From IMG/VR virus record IMGVR_UViG_3300032164_000001: a stretch of 64,000 nucleotides of DNA; one strand, written 5' to 3'. A program made the position numbers and the translations under genes. This DNA comes from a virus. The notes beneath the pieces were generated by a model that saw only the letters and a list, made by a program, of their open reading frames with translations, made no database searches and was not told the DNA's origin. The stretch's first letter is position 1. Each line of letters begins with the position of its first letter. This document shows positions 1 through 8,324 of this stretch, in pieces.

Positions 1-463
1 GGCAACGTATTTGCAACCCACCCCGACGACAGCAACGTCAGCACCAGCGCAGTGGAAACAACGCCCGTGCAGAGGTAGTGTATCTGCAACCTGGAGGAGG
101 TCGATAGGTATCGATATACCCTTGGGAAACAACGCCCGTGTAGAGGCAGTGTATCTGCAACTGGTAGTCTGGTGGTGCCTGTGCTAGGCGGTCACAGTTG
201 AAACAACGCCCGTGCAGAGGCAGTGTATCTGCAACTGGCAGGACCGTATCCTCGGGCAGAGCAGGACAACCGTCAGAAACAACGCCCGTGCAGAGGCAGT
301 GTATCTGCAACCGCCACTATCCCTTGCTGCCTCGGGTCAAGGCCAATAGGGAAACAACGCCCGTGCAGAGGCAGTGTAGCTGCAATGCTGTCCAGCAGCT
401 CCACAACCGGGGCCGCGAGTACGGAAACAACGCCCGTGCAGAGGAAACACGAGATTTGCCAAT
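1..463 (-). CRISPR. CRISPR array, 36-bp repeat GTTGCAGATACACTGCCTCTGCACGGGCGTTGTTTC (minus strand), 6 spacers of 35-40 bp, truncated by the window edge
   Basis: Full repeats at 55-90, 126-161, 200-235, 276-311 and 351-386. Partial degenerate copy at 1-17 and half copy at 424-444. Unique spacers at 18-54, 91-125, 162-199, 236-275, 312-350 and 387-423. Orientation inferred from the promoter at 533-504 and the GTTGCA start. Confidence 0.93.
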
Positions 464-464
464 G

Positions 465-533
465 CTATATGCATAAACATCACTCGCCCACCCTCCGGCC
501 CTCAGGCTACATTCAGTCCAGTTCATAAGTCAA
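465..533 (-). promoter_or_regulatory. Promoter cassette copy 1, pointing into the CRISPR array
   Basis: TTGACT (533-528), 18 bp, TAGCCT (509-504), then GGGCCGGAGGGTGGG...GTTTATGCATA. Same layout as copies at 15929, 16990 and 20980. Confidence 0.7.
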
Positions 534-584
534 TAGAAAAGACTCCACCAGGCAGCAAAAACACTTGATGTGGAAAGAAGCCCT

Positions 585-1136
585 CTACGAGACGCGAAGG
601 GGGCACCAGTCCGGCGAAGGCGTGTCCCGCACCTTCTCGTAGAGCAAGCGGTGCGCTTCCTCGAATGCGAGCTTGCCATTTGGAAAGAGCTCACGGCGAA
701 CGGTGGCGATCGGCATGGTTCTGAGCTGTCCGTCATGATGACAGCGTAGAGCATACATGCCGTAGTCATCGCTCACAACGCTGTGTGCACATGAGCCGCA
801 TGAGCTCGGGAGCGGGCCGAGTGAGATGGTTACACCGCAGGTCGGGGTGGGAGTTGGGTCTTTCCCATTCGCTGTGTCATGGCATGAGCTGATCTGTTCT
901 CTGCCAATCTCCGCCAGTTTTCTCGCCAGTGCAGACGCCGGCAGCTTTGCAAAGCCGTGCGTCGTCTCCAAGAGCCCCCTCGCTCGCTCGAAAACCCCAG
1001 CTACTTCCAGGTCGATGAGAGCCGGTATGAGAGTGTTGAAGAGGATACGAGCCTCTTCCTGCCCAGGTGGGTTAGTACTGTCGAGCCATTCGGAAACGGC
1101 TGACAGGTTCGAGACCTGTAGGCGCCTCGGATTCAT
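585..1136 (-). CDS. hypothetical protein, Cys-rich C-terminus
   Basis: 183-aa ORF with CxxC and a terminal PDWCPL, typical of small phage Zn-binding proteins. TAGATG stop-start junction. Confidence 0.65.
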   Translation of the reverse strand: MNPRRLQVSNLSAVSEWLDSTNPPGQEEARILFNTLIPALIDLEVAGVFERARGLLETTHGFAKLPASALARKLAEIGREQISSCHDTANGKDPTPTPTCGVTISLGPLPSSCGSCAHSVVSDDYGMYALRCHHDGQLRTMPIATVRRELFPNGKLAFEEAHRLLYEKVRDTPSPDWCPLRVS

Positions 1137-1168
1137 CTACTCGCCCATCTGCTTGCCCATCTACTCGC
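1134..1168 (-). repeat. 3 x 12-bp tandem repeat (GCGAGTAGATGG-like)
   Basis: Plus strand reads catctactcgc / ccatctgcttgc / ccatctactcgc. Confidence 0.8.
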
Positions 1169-1409
1169 CTGCGGCGCGTTTGGCTCGCTGCCACTGTGGT
1201 GTCTCATGATGCGAGTGGTAGATCTCGAGGAGCCTGCTGGCCAGCAGGAGCCCTCTGAGTTTCACCGGGAGGCAAGCTTCAACGCTGATAGGAATTCCTG
1301 GTACGAGTAGTCTAAGACGGTGCAGGAAGTTTTCACAGAACTGCCTGAACTCCGGATCCCTCTTCAGTTCCAGTTGGGCAAAGTTCACCGTCGATTGGTG
1401 GGTCAGCAA
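1161..1409 (-). CDS. small hypothetical protein (start uncertain)
   Basis: 82-aa ORF filling the gap between the helicase and the 585-1136 gene. Overlaps the helicase 3' end. Confidence 0.4.
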   Translation of the reverse strand: MLTHQSTVNFAQLELKRDPEFRQFCENFLHRLRLLVPGIPISVEACLPVKLRGLLLASRLLEIYHSHHETPQWQRAKRAAGE

Positions 1410-2547
1410 GGTCTGCCCCCGATGGCTCCACGTTGATCATGTCGTACTGGCGGAGCTCACTTTCCTCATACTTTACCATAATTGCAGCCGCGTCAACAAT
1501 ACTTAGTGGCACCAGCGGTCGCCATGCGGGCACCTTCTTGCTACGCGAACCGTCTGTTCCAAAAGCACGTTTAACTTCGCCATCTTTCACGATCATCCCC
1601 TCCTTCTCTAGATCCGCGAGCGCCTCCACGATTCTTTCCTGACGCACTCCAATCATCTCCGCCAGCATCAGGTTCGTCATCGGCTGATCAGAAGAGCGAA
1701 GCGCTGAATAGAGCTTGCTTTTGAAATACCCTCTGACAACGGCCGAGGCGTCCTTTCCATCGAAATACACAAAGGTTGTATGATTCAGTGCCTTGTCTAT
1801 GATTGGCACCGCCGAGAACATGTGCCCCTTCGGTCCATTCCGCTGCTTCAAACTCTCCAGTGTTATGATCTCCGTTGGCTCCGGCAGGCCGAGCTTCTTC
1901 TTGCTCAGCTTGACATGAAGCACTGCATCCGCCCACCCGTACCAAGCAGAGCTTCCACGCAGCGATGCACGATTGCTCTTGCTGTTCTTGTCCCCCCCTG
2001 GCACTTTCGTCTGATGATGAATGATGAGGAACGCGCACTTGTACTCGTCGATCAGTCTGTCGACGGTGCGTCGAAGTGCCTTCGTCTCCTTACTGGAGTT
2101 CTCATCTCCCGAGAAGAAACTGTCGAGGGGATCTAACACCACCAGCATTGGTTTGTGCTTCTTGATCAACCCTTCGAGCTCGATGATATCGGTCGCATCG
2201 TCGAGGCCGAACGGTTGCTGACATATGTAGAGAGGCATGTCGAAGGGATTGACTCCATGTGCTCTGATGTGCGATAGCAGTCGGTCCCTATTGTCAAAGA
2301 TAGATCCCTCCGTCGAATTCAGAAAGACCGGTCCATGCTGCAGCACGTCTATCTGTCGCAACAGGCGCCCACCAGATGCAATCGCAACGCATAAGTCAAA
2401 TGATATTGCAGACTTGTAACTGCCGCCTTCGCCGAACAGGAAGATGCGATTGCACTTCTGCATCATGTCCTTCACGATCCAACGGTTTGGATCTTCCTGC
2501 AGTGACAGCAGTTCGCGTGCAGAATATACTTGATGTTTTCTCGCCAT
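1333..2547 (-). CDS. RepA/RecA-like AAA ATPase (AAA_25-type replicative helicase) with C-terminal winged helix
   Basis: Walker A GEGGSYKS, Walker B LVVLDPL, DEN, IIHH..K and RGSSA motifs. ATG at 2547 has an AGAGGGG RBS. Confidence 0.85.
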   Translation of the reverse strand: MARKHQVYSARELLSLQEDPNRWIVKDMMQKCNRIFLFGEGGSYKSAISFDLCVAIASGGRLLRQIDVLQHGPVFLNSTEGSIFDNRDRLLSHIRAHGVNPFDMPLYICQQPFGLDDATDIIELEGLIKKHKPMLVVLDPLDSFFSGDENSSKETKALRRTVDRLIDEYKCAFLIIHHQTKVPGGDKNSKSNRASLRGSSAWYGWADAVLHVKLSKKKLGLPEPTEIITLESLKQRNGPKGHMFSAVPIIDKALNHTTFVYFDGKDASAVVRGYFKSKLYSALRSSDQPMTNLMLAEMIGVRQERIVEALADLEKEGMIVKDGEVKRAFGTDGSRSKKVPAWRPLVPLSIVDAAAIMVKYEESELRQYDMINVEPSGADLADPPIDGELCPTGTEEGSGVQAVL

Positions 2548-2770
2548 AACCCCTCTTTGACTTTCACCCACTTGAGCATACCCCAATCAGTTTTGTCAAG
2601 CACGACGTGAAATCCTTATTGATGCTCGACATGTCCGTGGTAGGAATTCGTGCGAGTAGAATTCACACCGGATGCACATGGCTATTTCCTGTTGAGCGTC
2701 TGCTGACTTGCACGAAAGCACGTTTTACTTCTTGACTGCCTCCTTGTCGAGCTGATAGGACTGGCAACCG

Positions 2771-5626
2771 ATGCGCCCCATCCCTCCCGACGCTCTCGAG
2801 GGTTCAATTGTATCGTGCCCAACAAAGTGGCGGGGGCGATGGAAGCTCGAGCACTGTCCATCGCAGACACAATTCGAGCTGCTGAAGCAGCATCCGGGCG
2901 TGGTGCCGGGGCAAAGCAAGAACCCCGAGGATTGCGGCTGGTTCGTGCCGCAATCATTGATCGACTCCGGTCGATATCCCGCCAATCTTGAAGACTTTCC
3001 CCCAGAACCAAACAACATCACACCATCTGGCCTTGTACTCAGAGACTATGAAACTCGTGCCGTCACCTTCTGCAGACAGGTTACATTGTATCGCGAAGGC
3101 TGCATCGTCGCCGCCGATCCCGGTTTAGGAAAAGAACAGCCAATTAGCACACCTGTGCTGACACCGACTGGTTATAGACCGATTGGAGATATGGCACCTG
3201 GTGATCTAGTCATTGGAGCCAGTGGGCGTCCAACCGTGGTGCGAGCTGTTTTCCCACAGGGCGTGAAACCGATTTACGAACTCGTATTCAGCGATGGCGC
3301 CACCGCTGCGTGTGGATTAGACCATCTGTGGGCAGTTCAAACGCTGAACGATCGCAAGCGAGGGCACGCCTTTCGCATCATGTCTTTGCGAGCGTTCAAG
3401 GATGACCTGACTCGCGGACGCGGTTTGAAACAAAGCTGGTATTTCGTACCGTTGACACAGCCTATAGTGTATTCGGATCGCACGGATGAATTGCCTATCG
3501 ATCCTTACCTGTTAGGAGTGCTTCTCGGTGATGGCGGCTTCAGAGGGACCGATGTGACTCTGAGCAATCCGGAAAGCGACATTGTGCAACATGTTCGATC
3601 GGCGTGCGCCGGGTACGGAATACATCTTGGTCCGGGTTCCGATTCAATTTCGTATAGATTATCTGGAGTATCCGGAAGTCCTAATACCGTCAAACGTGCC
3701 ATTGAATCCCTTGGTCTGTGGGGCTTGTATTCAGAGGAAAAGTTTGTTCCATCCATGTACCTCTTGGCGAGTCCACAAGCGCGCCTGGAGGTGCTACGTG
3801 GGCTAATGGATACCGATGGGACAATCACGCCAGATGGGCACACATTGCAGTTCGGCACGAGTTCGCCACGGCTTTGCGCCGATGCGACGAACCTGATACG
3901 TAGCCTAGGAGGCATAGCCCGTGTGAGCGACCGTATACCGCATTTTTCATACCGGGGGGAGTACAGAACGGGACTGCGTGCATATGTGGTATCGATGAGA
4001 ATGCCATCTGGACTCGTTCCTTTTTCTTCGGAAAAGCATCACGCGAAATGGATTCCAAATAGCAAGTATCAGCCATCCAGGGCAATACGATCAGTGGAAC
4101 CGCATGGAGAAGAAGAGTGCGTGTGCATTAACGTCTCAGCCCCTGACGGGTTGTATGTGACAGACAACTTTGTAGTGACGCATAATTCTATGATATCATT
4201 GCATTCTTTACACCTGGATGGGTATTTGAACAGACCGGGATTGGTCATCGGGCCGAACATCGCCAAGGGTGTTTGGTGCGACAAGGATTCTGATGCCTTC
4301 AGGCATTATGGTCTGACCATCCTTCCACTGGAAAAGGTGAAAGGCCTTGACGTTGATGTGTTGAGCAGACATACAACGTTCTTCATTCATCACGAACTGC
4401 TCGATGCATGGCAGGGTTGGATATTCGCAAAGTTGTCTCCCACCTGGCTCATTATAGATGAAATACACCTGCTGGCCAATCGAAAAGCACAGCGCTCGAA
4501 TGCTGGCATGCAGATCACCCTGGCCGCCAGTATTGAACGACGATATGGATTGACTGGCACCCCAATACCAAACGAGCGTCTGGAGTTGTGGCATCAACTA
4601 GCCATGGTCCAACCACGACAATGGTCCGCAACCTCGTTTTCCTTTGGTGTTCGCTACTGTAACGGCCACAGGACCGAGGTTGAGGCTGGAGGAGTCGGCG
4701 GCCACTGGGTTTTCGACGGTGAATCCAACGACATGGAGCTCAAGGCCAGATTAGCTGGAACATTCCTTCGATTCACCACGGAGGAAGTGCAACATGAGCT
4801 TCCGCCGATGGAGCGACATGTTGTTGAAGCGGTATGCCATGATGAGGCCTTGCAAGAGGAGTACTCCTTTGCCCAACGAGACATAGTCAAGTACCTGCGC
4901 CATCGCAACAAGAACGTCGAAGAGGAAACTGAGACTATTTCCATCGGTGGTACGACCATCAAGCTGAAGAAGGTCGAACGCAAACCAAAAGCAGTGAGGT
5001 TGGTTTGCATCTCCACGCTGATCGGCTTGCTGTCGAAGATGAAACAGGAGCCAGCACTACAGGCTGTGGATGAGATCATGCACCACCACAATAGGTTGGT
5101 GGTCTTCACGCTTCGCGTCGCAACGGCGGAGTGGATTTTCAACAGCTTGGCTGACCGACTGGCTGCTGGTCAGACCGTCGGTGGCAAGTGTCCAGATCTA
5201 TTCGGCCCGGTGCACGGCGAGATGCACATGGACGAGCGGAAGGCATTGGCAGCCAATTTTGCAGAGGCGCAGAGCGGGATCTACATCGCCACGATGGGCT
5301 CGGCTGGAACTTCCATCAACTCGTTGTCCACGGCCTCATCCGCGTTGCTGGTCGACCTGCACTGGAACACGGCCATCCTCCGTCAGGCAGAGAAGCGAGT
5401 GCATCGTGATGGCTCCAGGGCTTCGCACGTTGACATCTACTACCTCGTGCTACGTGGCACGGTGGACGATCTGTTCATGGAGAAGTTGCGCGAGAAGGCA
5501 GAGCGCGCTGTGAGCCTCGCCGAACGTGACACATCAGGCGTGTCGCTGGTGCGAGATCTGTCGCCGGCCAATTCAGGTCCGGTTGACGTTGACCTACTCT
5601 GCGAACGCCTGATGGACATGGATTGA
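2771..5626 (+). CDS. SNF2-family (DEXH) helicase containing an intein
   Basis: LRDYE Q-motif region, DPGLGK|S Walker A (split by the intein), IIDEIH, LTGTP, and QAEKRVHR motif VI. Confidence 0.9.
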   Translation: MRPIPPDALEGSIVSCPTKWRGRWKLEHCPSQTQFELLKQHPGVVPGQSKNPEDCGWFVPQSLIDSGRYPANLEDFPPEPNNITPSGLVLRDYETRAVTFCRQVTLYREGCIVAADPGLGKEQPISTPVLTPTGYRPIGDMAPGDLVIGASGRPTVVRAVFPQGVKPIYELVFSDGATAACGLDHLWAVQTLNDRKRGHAFRIMSLRAFKDDLTRGRGLKQSWYFVPLTQPIVYSDRTDELPIDPYLLGVLLGDGGFRGTDVTLSNPESDIVQHVRSACAGYGIHLGPGSDSISYRLSGVSGSPNTVKRAIESLGLWGLYSEEKFVPSMYLLASPQARLEVLRGLMDTDGTITPDGHTLQFGTSSPRLCADATNLIRSLGGIARVSDRIPHFSYRGEYRTGLRAYVVSMRMPSGLVPFSSEKHHAKWIPNSKYQPSRAIRSVEPHGEEECVCINVSAPDGLYVTDNFVVTHNSMISLHSLHLDGYLNRPGLVIGPNIAKGVWCDKDSDAFRHYGLTILPLEKVKGLDVDVLSRHTTFFIHHELLDAWQGWIFAKLSPTWLIIDEIHLLANRKAQRSNAGMQITLAASIERRYGLTGTPIPNERLELWHQLAMVQPRQWSATSFSFGVRYCNGHRTEVEAGGVGGHWVFDGESNDMELKARLAGTFLRFTTEEVQHELPPMERHVVEAVCHDEALQEEYSFAQRDIVKYLRHRNKNVEEETETISIGGTTIKLKKVERKPKAVRLVCISTLIGLLSKMKQEPALQAVDEIMHHHNRLVVFTLRVATAEWIFNSLADRLAAGQTVGGKCPDLFGPVHGEMHMDERKALAANFAEAQSGIYIATMGSAGTSINSLSTASSALLVDLHWNTAILRQAEKRVHRDGSRASHVDIYYLVLRGTVDDLFMEKLREKAERAVSLAERDTSGVSLVRDLSPANSGPVDVDLLCERLMDMD
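3134..4186 (+). mobile_element. Intein (351 aa, class-3-like) with LAGLIDADG homing endonuclease, inserted in the helicase P-loop
   Basis: Starts EQPISTPVLTPTG, block B DHLW, LAGLIDADG motifs LLGVLLGDG and LRGLMDTDG, block F CVCI, ends VVTHN followed by Ser. Removal restores GLGKS. Confidence 0.9.
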
Positions 5627-5724
5627 GTGTTATGTGTGACATTCGTGGGCCACCTTGAGTTGAAACTGGCGTAGTAGCACTGTAGACAATAGCGTCAATC
5701 CAATAACCCAACTGGAGCTGAGCA

Positions 5725-5740
5725 TGTTGCATCTGCAACA
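5725..5740. promoter_or_regulatory. Palindrome TGTTGCA-TC-TGCAACA abutting an RBS (possible operator)
   Basis: Perfect 7-bp inverted repeat immediately before GGAGG (5741-5745). Confidence 0.4.
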
Positions 5741-5751
5741 GGAGGTATTCT

Positions 5752-6606
5752 ATGGCCATGCAGCCCCAGATCTACAATGACCCAGATTTGCATGTGCCAG
5801 GAGAACGTCAGAGTCAGGGAGTGACAGTCTTCCTGTTCGGCGCGGTTGGCACATGGAAGACGACATGGGCTGGTCAGTGGCCAAAACCGATCTTCCTGAG
5901 TGTTGGCGTGGAAGGCGGGGACGACGCACTGGCACAACTTCCGGCGCTCTACGGGCTACCGGTCCCGAGAGTGTACAGCATCACTTCACCAAAGATGATG
6001 GTGGAGAAGGTGAAACAGATCGCTCGCGACCACCAGGCAATGGATGTCAACACGGTCGTCGTCGATTCGATCACGTATTACGTGGACATGTGGGTTGCAG
6101 CGCTGATGAGCGGACGCTATGCAGACCCCAAGATTCGGGAGAAGATCGAGAAGGCAGGTGGAGAAGCCACGAATCTGACGATGCGCGACTGGGGCCTGTT
6201 GGCCATGCACATCAGAGATCTGGCGATGATGCTCCACAAGACACCGCTCAACATCATCTGGACGTCACTCGAAAAGGAGATGAAAGAACAAAACGACGAA
6301 ATGGGTAAAAGCAGAGTGGTAGCAGTAGAACCGTACATCAGGGGCGAGTCGTACATCAAACTGCCAGGCCTGTGCAAGATGATCATCCATGCGTACAAGG
6401 AGCTGCGTCCGGATCCGAATGTCCCGGGGCGTATGCTCGCGCATCCGATCTATTACACGTCGCCCAACTATCTGACGAAGATAGTGCGGCACAAGTACGG
6501 CAACGCGTTTCCCGAGGGAAGGCTCATCGATCCACAATGGGGCGATGTTCCAACTTTCAGTGCAATCTGGAACAGCATCGGTCGGTTCGTCTATGTCACA
6601 CAGTGA
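5752..6606 (+). CDS. AAA_24 / Sak4-like phage NTP-binding recombination protein
   Basis: GAVGTWKTT Walker A, VVVDSIT Walker B, DWG motif, strong RBS, followed by an SSB-like gene. Confidence 0.8.
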   Translation: MAMQPQIYNDPDLHVPGERQSQGVTVFLFGAVGTWKTTWAGQWPKPIFLSVGVEGGDDALAQLPALYGLPVPRVYSITSPKMMVEKVKQIARDHQAMDVNTVVVDSITYYVDMWVAALMSGRYADPKIREKIEKAGGEATNLTMRDWGLLAMHIRDLAMMLHKTPLNIIWTSLEKEMKEQNDEMGKSRVVAVEPYIRGESYIKLPGLCKMIIHAYKELRPDPNVPGRMLAHPIYYTSPNYLTKIVRHKYGNAFPEGRLIDPQWGDVPTFSAIWNSIGRFVYVTQ

Positions 6607-6643
6607 GCTCCGACCACAACCAGCAGTAAAACAGGAGAGAAGC

Positions 6644-7432
6644 ATGTCCGAAGAGTATCTGCCTATCAATCTGATGAACGTCACGGCGGCATCAAGTGGC
6701 TTCGACTATCCGAACGGGAAGTACCTGTTCGAGGTCATCGACTCGGAGGTCAAGACCAACACGGACGGCGAAGGCAAGCGCCTGGTGACAGACAACGTCA
6801 TCCTCATGGGCCCTGGTGCCGGCAACACGCAGTTCCAGAATCAGAAGATGCCCGGCAGCTACCAGCTGTCAGACAAAGGGGCGCAGTTCTTGAAGCGCTT
6901 CTTCCTCGTGTGCGGTATCACCGAGGAGTTCATTCAGGCCAACGGTGGGAATGTCAACAAAGAGTGGTTGAAGAAGCGCCAGTTCGTGGGTACCATCGGT
7001 AAGAACAAGGAGGGCTACTGTAACATCAACAACGAGAGGCCGGCCTCGGAATGGAACAAGCTTGAGGTGCCCAGGACCGCCGCACCGACGGCGTCTGGTC
7101 CGCCTTCGAGCCTGTTGCAGCCCAACCCGGCAGCACAGATGCCCACACCGATGTCCTACGTGCAGCCACCGATGATGATGCAACCGCCGATGCAGCAGCA
7201 ACAGATGATGCAGCAGCCGCCGATGCCACAGCAGATGCAGCAGATGCAGCAGCCGCAGTACGCTCAGCAGCAGATGCAGCAGCCGCAGTACGTGCAGCAG
7301 CAACCGCAGCCGCAATATGCTCAACCCAGCATGCCAGCGCCGCAGGCCTTGCCGACGCCGCAGATGCCCCCACAGCAGATGGGTGTATTCCCGGCTCCGG
7401 TACCTCCTCCGGGTAGCGTTGGACAGAGGTAG
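6644..7432 (+). CDS. putative single-stranded DNA-binding protein with Gln/Pro/Met-rich tail
   Basis: RBS CAGGAG. The N-terminal P.GKY...V..SEVK pattern resembles phage DUF669-type SSBs found after Sak4-like genes. Low-complexity C-terminus. Confidence 0.65.
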   Translation: MSEEYLPINLMNVTAASSGFDYPNGKYLFEVIDSEVKTNTDGEGKRLVTDNVILMGPGAGNTQFQNQKMPGSYQLSDKGAQFLKRFFLVCGITEEFIQANGGNVNKEWLKKRQFVGTIGKNKEGYCNINNERPASEWNKLEVPRTAAPTASGPPSSLLQPNPAAQMPTPMSYVQPPMMMQPPMQQQQMMQQPPMPQQMQQMQQPQYAQQQMQQPQYVQQQPQPQYAQPSMPAPQALPTPQMPPQQMGVFPAPVPPPGSVGQR

Positions 7433-7444
7433 ACACTCGAAACC

Positions 7445-7505
7445 AAAGTGGGCGGCTGGGCAAACATGGGGCGCATCAACCCTACCGGTTCAAGCCGCCT
7501 GCTTT
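7445..7505 (+). other. Intergenic stem-loop (13-bp stem, 35-nt loop)
   Basis: AAAGTGGGCGGCT (7445-7457) pairs with AGCCGCCTGCTTT (7493-7505), including two G-U pairs. Confidence 0.5.
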
Positions 7506-7524
7506 ATCTTCACGGACAGAAAAA

Positions 7525-7779
7525 ATGGCAGACCTAGAAGTGAAATGCAGTGATTGTGAAGAAGTATTCGTCGTGACAGATGGCGAGCAACAGTTCCTCC
7601 GTGAGACATTCGGTGAAACGTTCTCGGCACCAAAACGTTGCAAGGCATGTCGGCAAAAACGCAAGGCGGCGAAAGGACAGCCAAGAGAGCAAGTACAGCA
7701 AGAACCACCACGGCCGTCAGAGGTGGGTAATACACGGAGAGAAGGAAAAGGGCGCAAGCGGCAGCGTAGGGATGAATAG
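7525..7779 (+). CDS. zinc-ribbon protein (zf-trcl-like)
   Basis: CSDC...F..T.GEQ.F...PKRCKACR. Confidence 0.8.
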   Translation: MADLEVKCSDCEEVFVVTDGEQQFLRETFGETFSAPKRCKACRQKRKAAKGQPREQVQQEPPRPSEVGNTRREGKGRKRQRRDE

Positions 7780-8324
7780 TGCTCGGAGATGGTGGATATT
7801 ATCACGGTCTGCTATCACAGCCGGACTGCGAGAATTGCCCCCTGCGTTATGACATAAAAGTAATGCCGGATGGGCCTATTCCAGCTCGTATAGCTTTTGT
7901 GGGAGAAGAACCTGGACTGACCGAACTCAGAGAAGGAAGAGGTTTTGTAGGCCAGTCTGGCCAGCTGCTTTGGTACATGGCTTCAGAGGTGGGCATCACT
8001 CGTGATATGGTATGGGTTTCCAACGCAGCGATTTGCCAGGCTAGAAAAATAAAGCTGCTCAACAAGGCTGAATTGCCTTTATTGAAAGTCAAGGCTGCGG
8101 CTGCTCAGTGCTGTAGAAGACGGTTACTGGAAGAACTGGCAATAGTAAATCCTACAGTGGTTGTGCCACTCGGCAATTGGGCGTTGTGGGCCATATCGGA
8201 TATCCCCAATGCTCGTATCTACGCATACCGTGGGTCGAGGATGGAAATAAATTTGCGAGAACAGGCGTGGAAAATAGCCATGGGTTTGGCTAGGGCTCCC
8301 ATGCGACATGTGAAGGAAGAGTAG
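7779..8324 (+). CDS. uracil-DNA glycosylase family-4-like protein (N-terminal part, lacks motif B)
   Basis: CENCPL Fe-S motif, VGEEPG...E..EGRGFVGQSG motif A, NAAIC, and P.VVVPLG..A. Confidence 0.85.
   Translation: MLGDGGYYHGLLSQPDCENCPLRYDIKVMPDGPIPARIAFVGEEPGLTELREGRGFVGQSGQLLWYMASEVGITRDMVWVSNAAICQARKIKLLNKAELPLLKVKAAAAQCCRRRLLEELAIVNPTVVVPLGNWALWAISDIPNARIYAYRGSRMEINLREQAWKIAMGLARAPMRHVKEE

Noticed and set aside
387-423. Self-targeting of spacer 387-423 to about 61933-61960
   Set aside because: Only a patchy match with many mismatches. No convincing self-match was seen by eye for any spacer, and a proper BLAST is needed.
1-463. TIGR-type or other non-CRISPR guide array
   Set aside because: The unit is a 36-bp repeat plus one 35-40 bp spacer, the classical CRISPR geometry, with no dual short spacers.
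38-528. Several 69-101 aa ORFs over the left edge
   Set aside because: They are translations of CRISPR repeats and spacers (repeated QRPCRGSV and LHCLCTGVV).
2570-2765. Further copies of the promoter cassette at 2599 (-) and 2732 (+)
   Set aside because: TTGAC boxes are present, but the -10 at 18 bp is poor (TCAAGT, TAGGAC) and the four G-runs and GTTTGTATG are missing. They may be ordinary weak promoters.
7450-7503. tRNA gene
   Set aside because: A GGGCGG start and GGTTCAA are present, but it is only about 55 nt with no cloverleaf or CCA.
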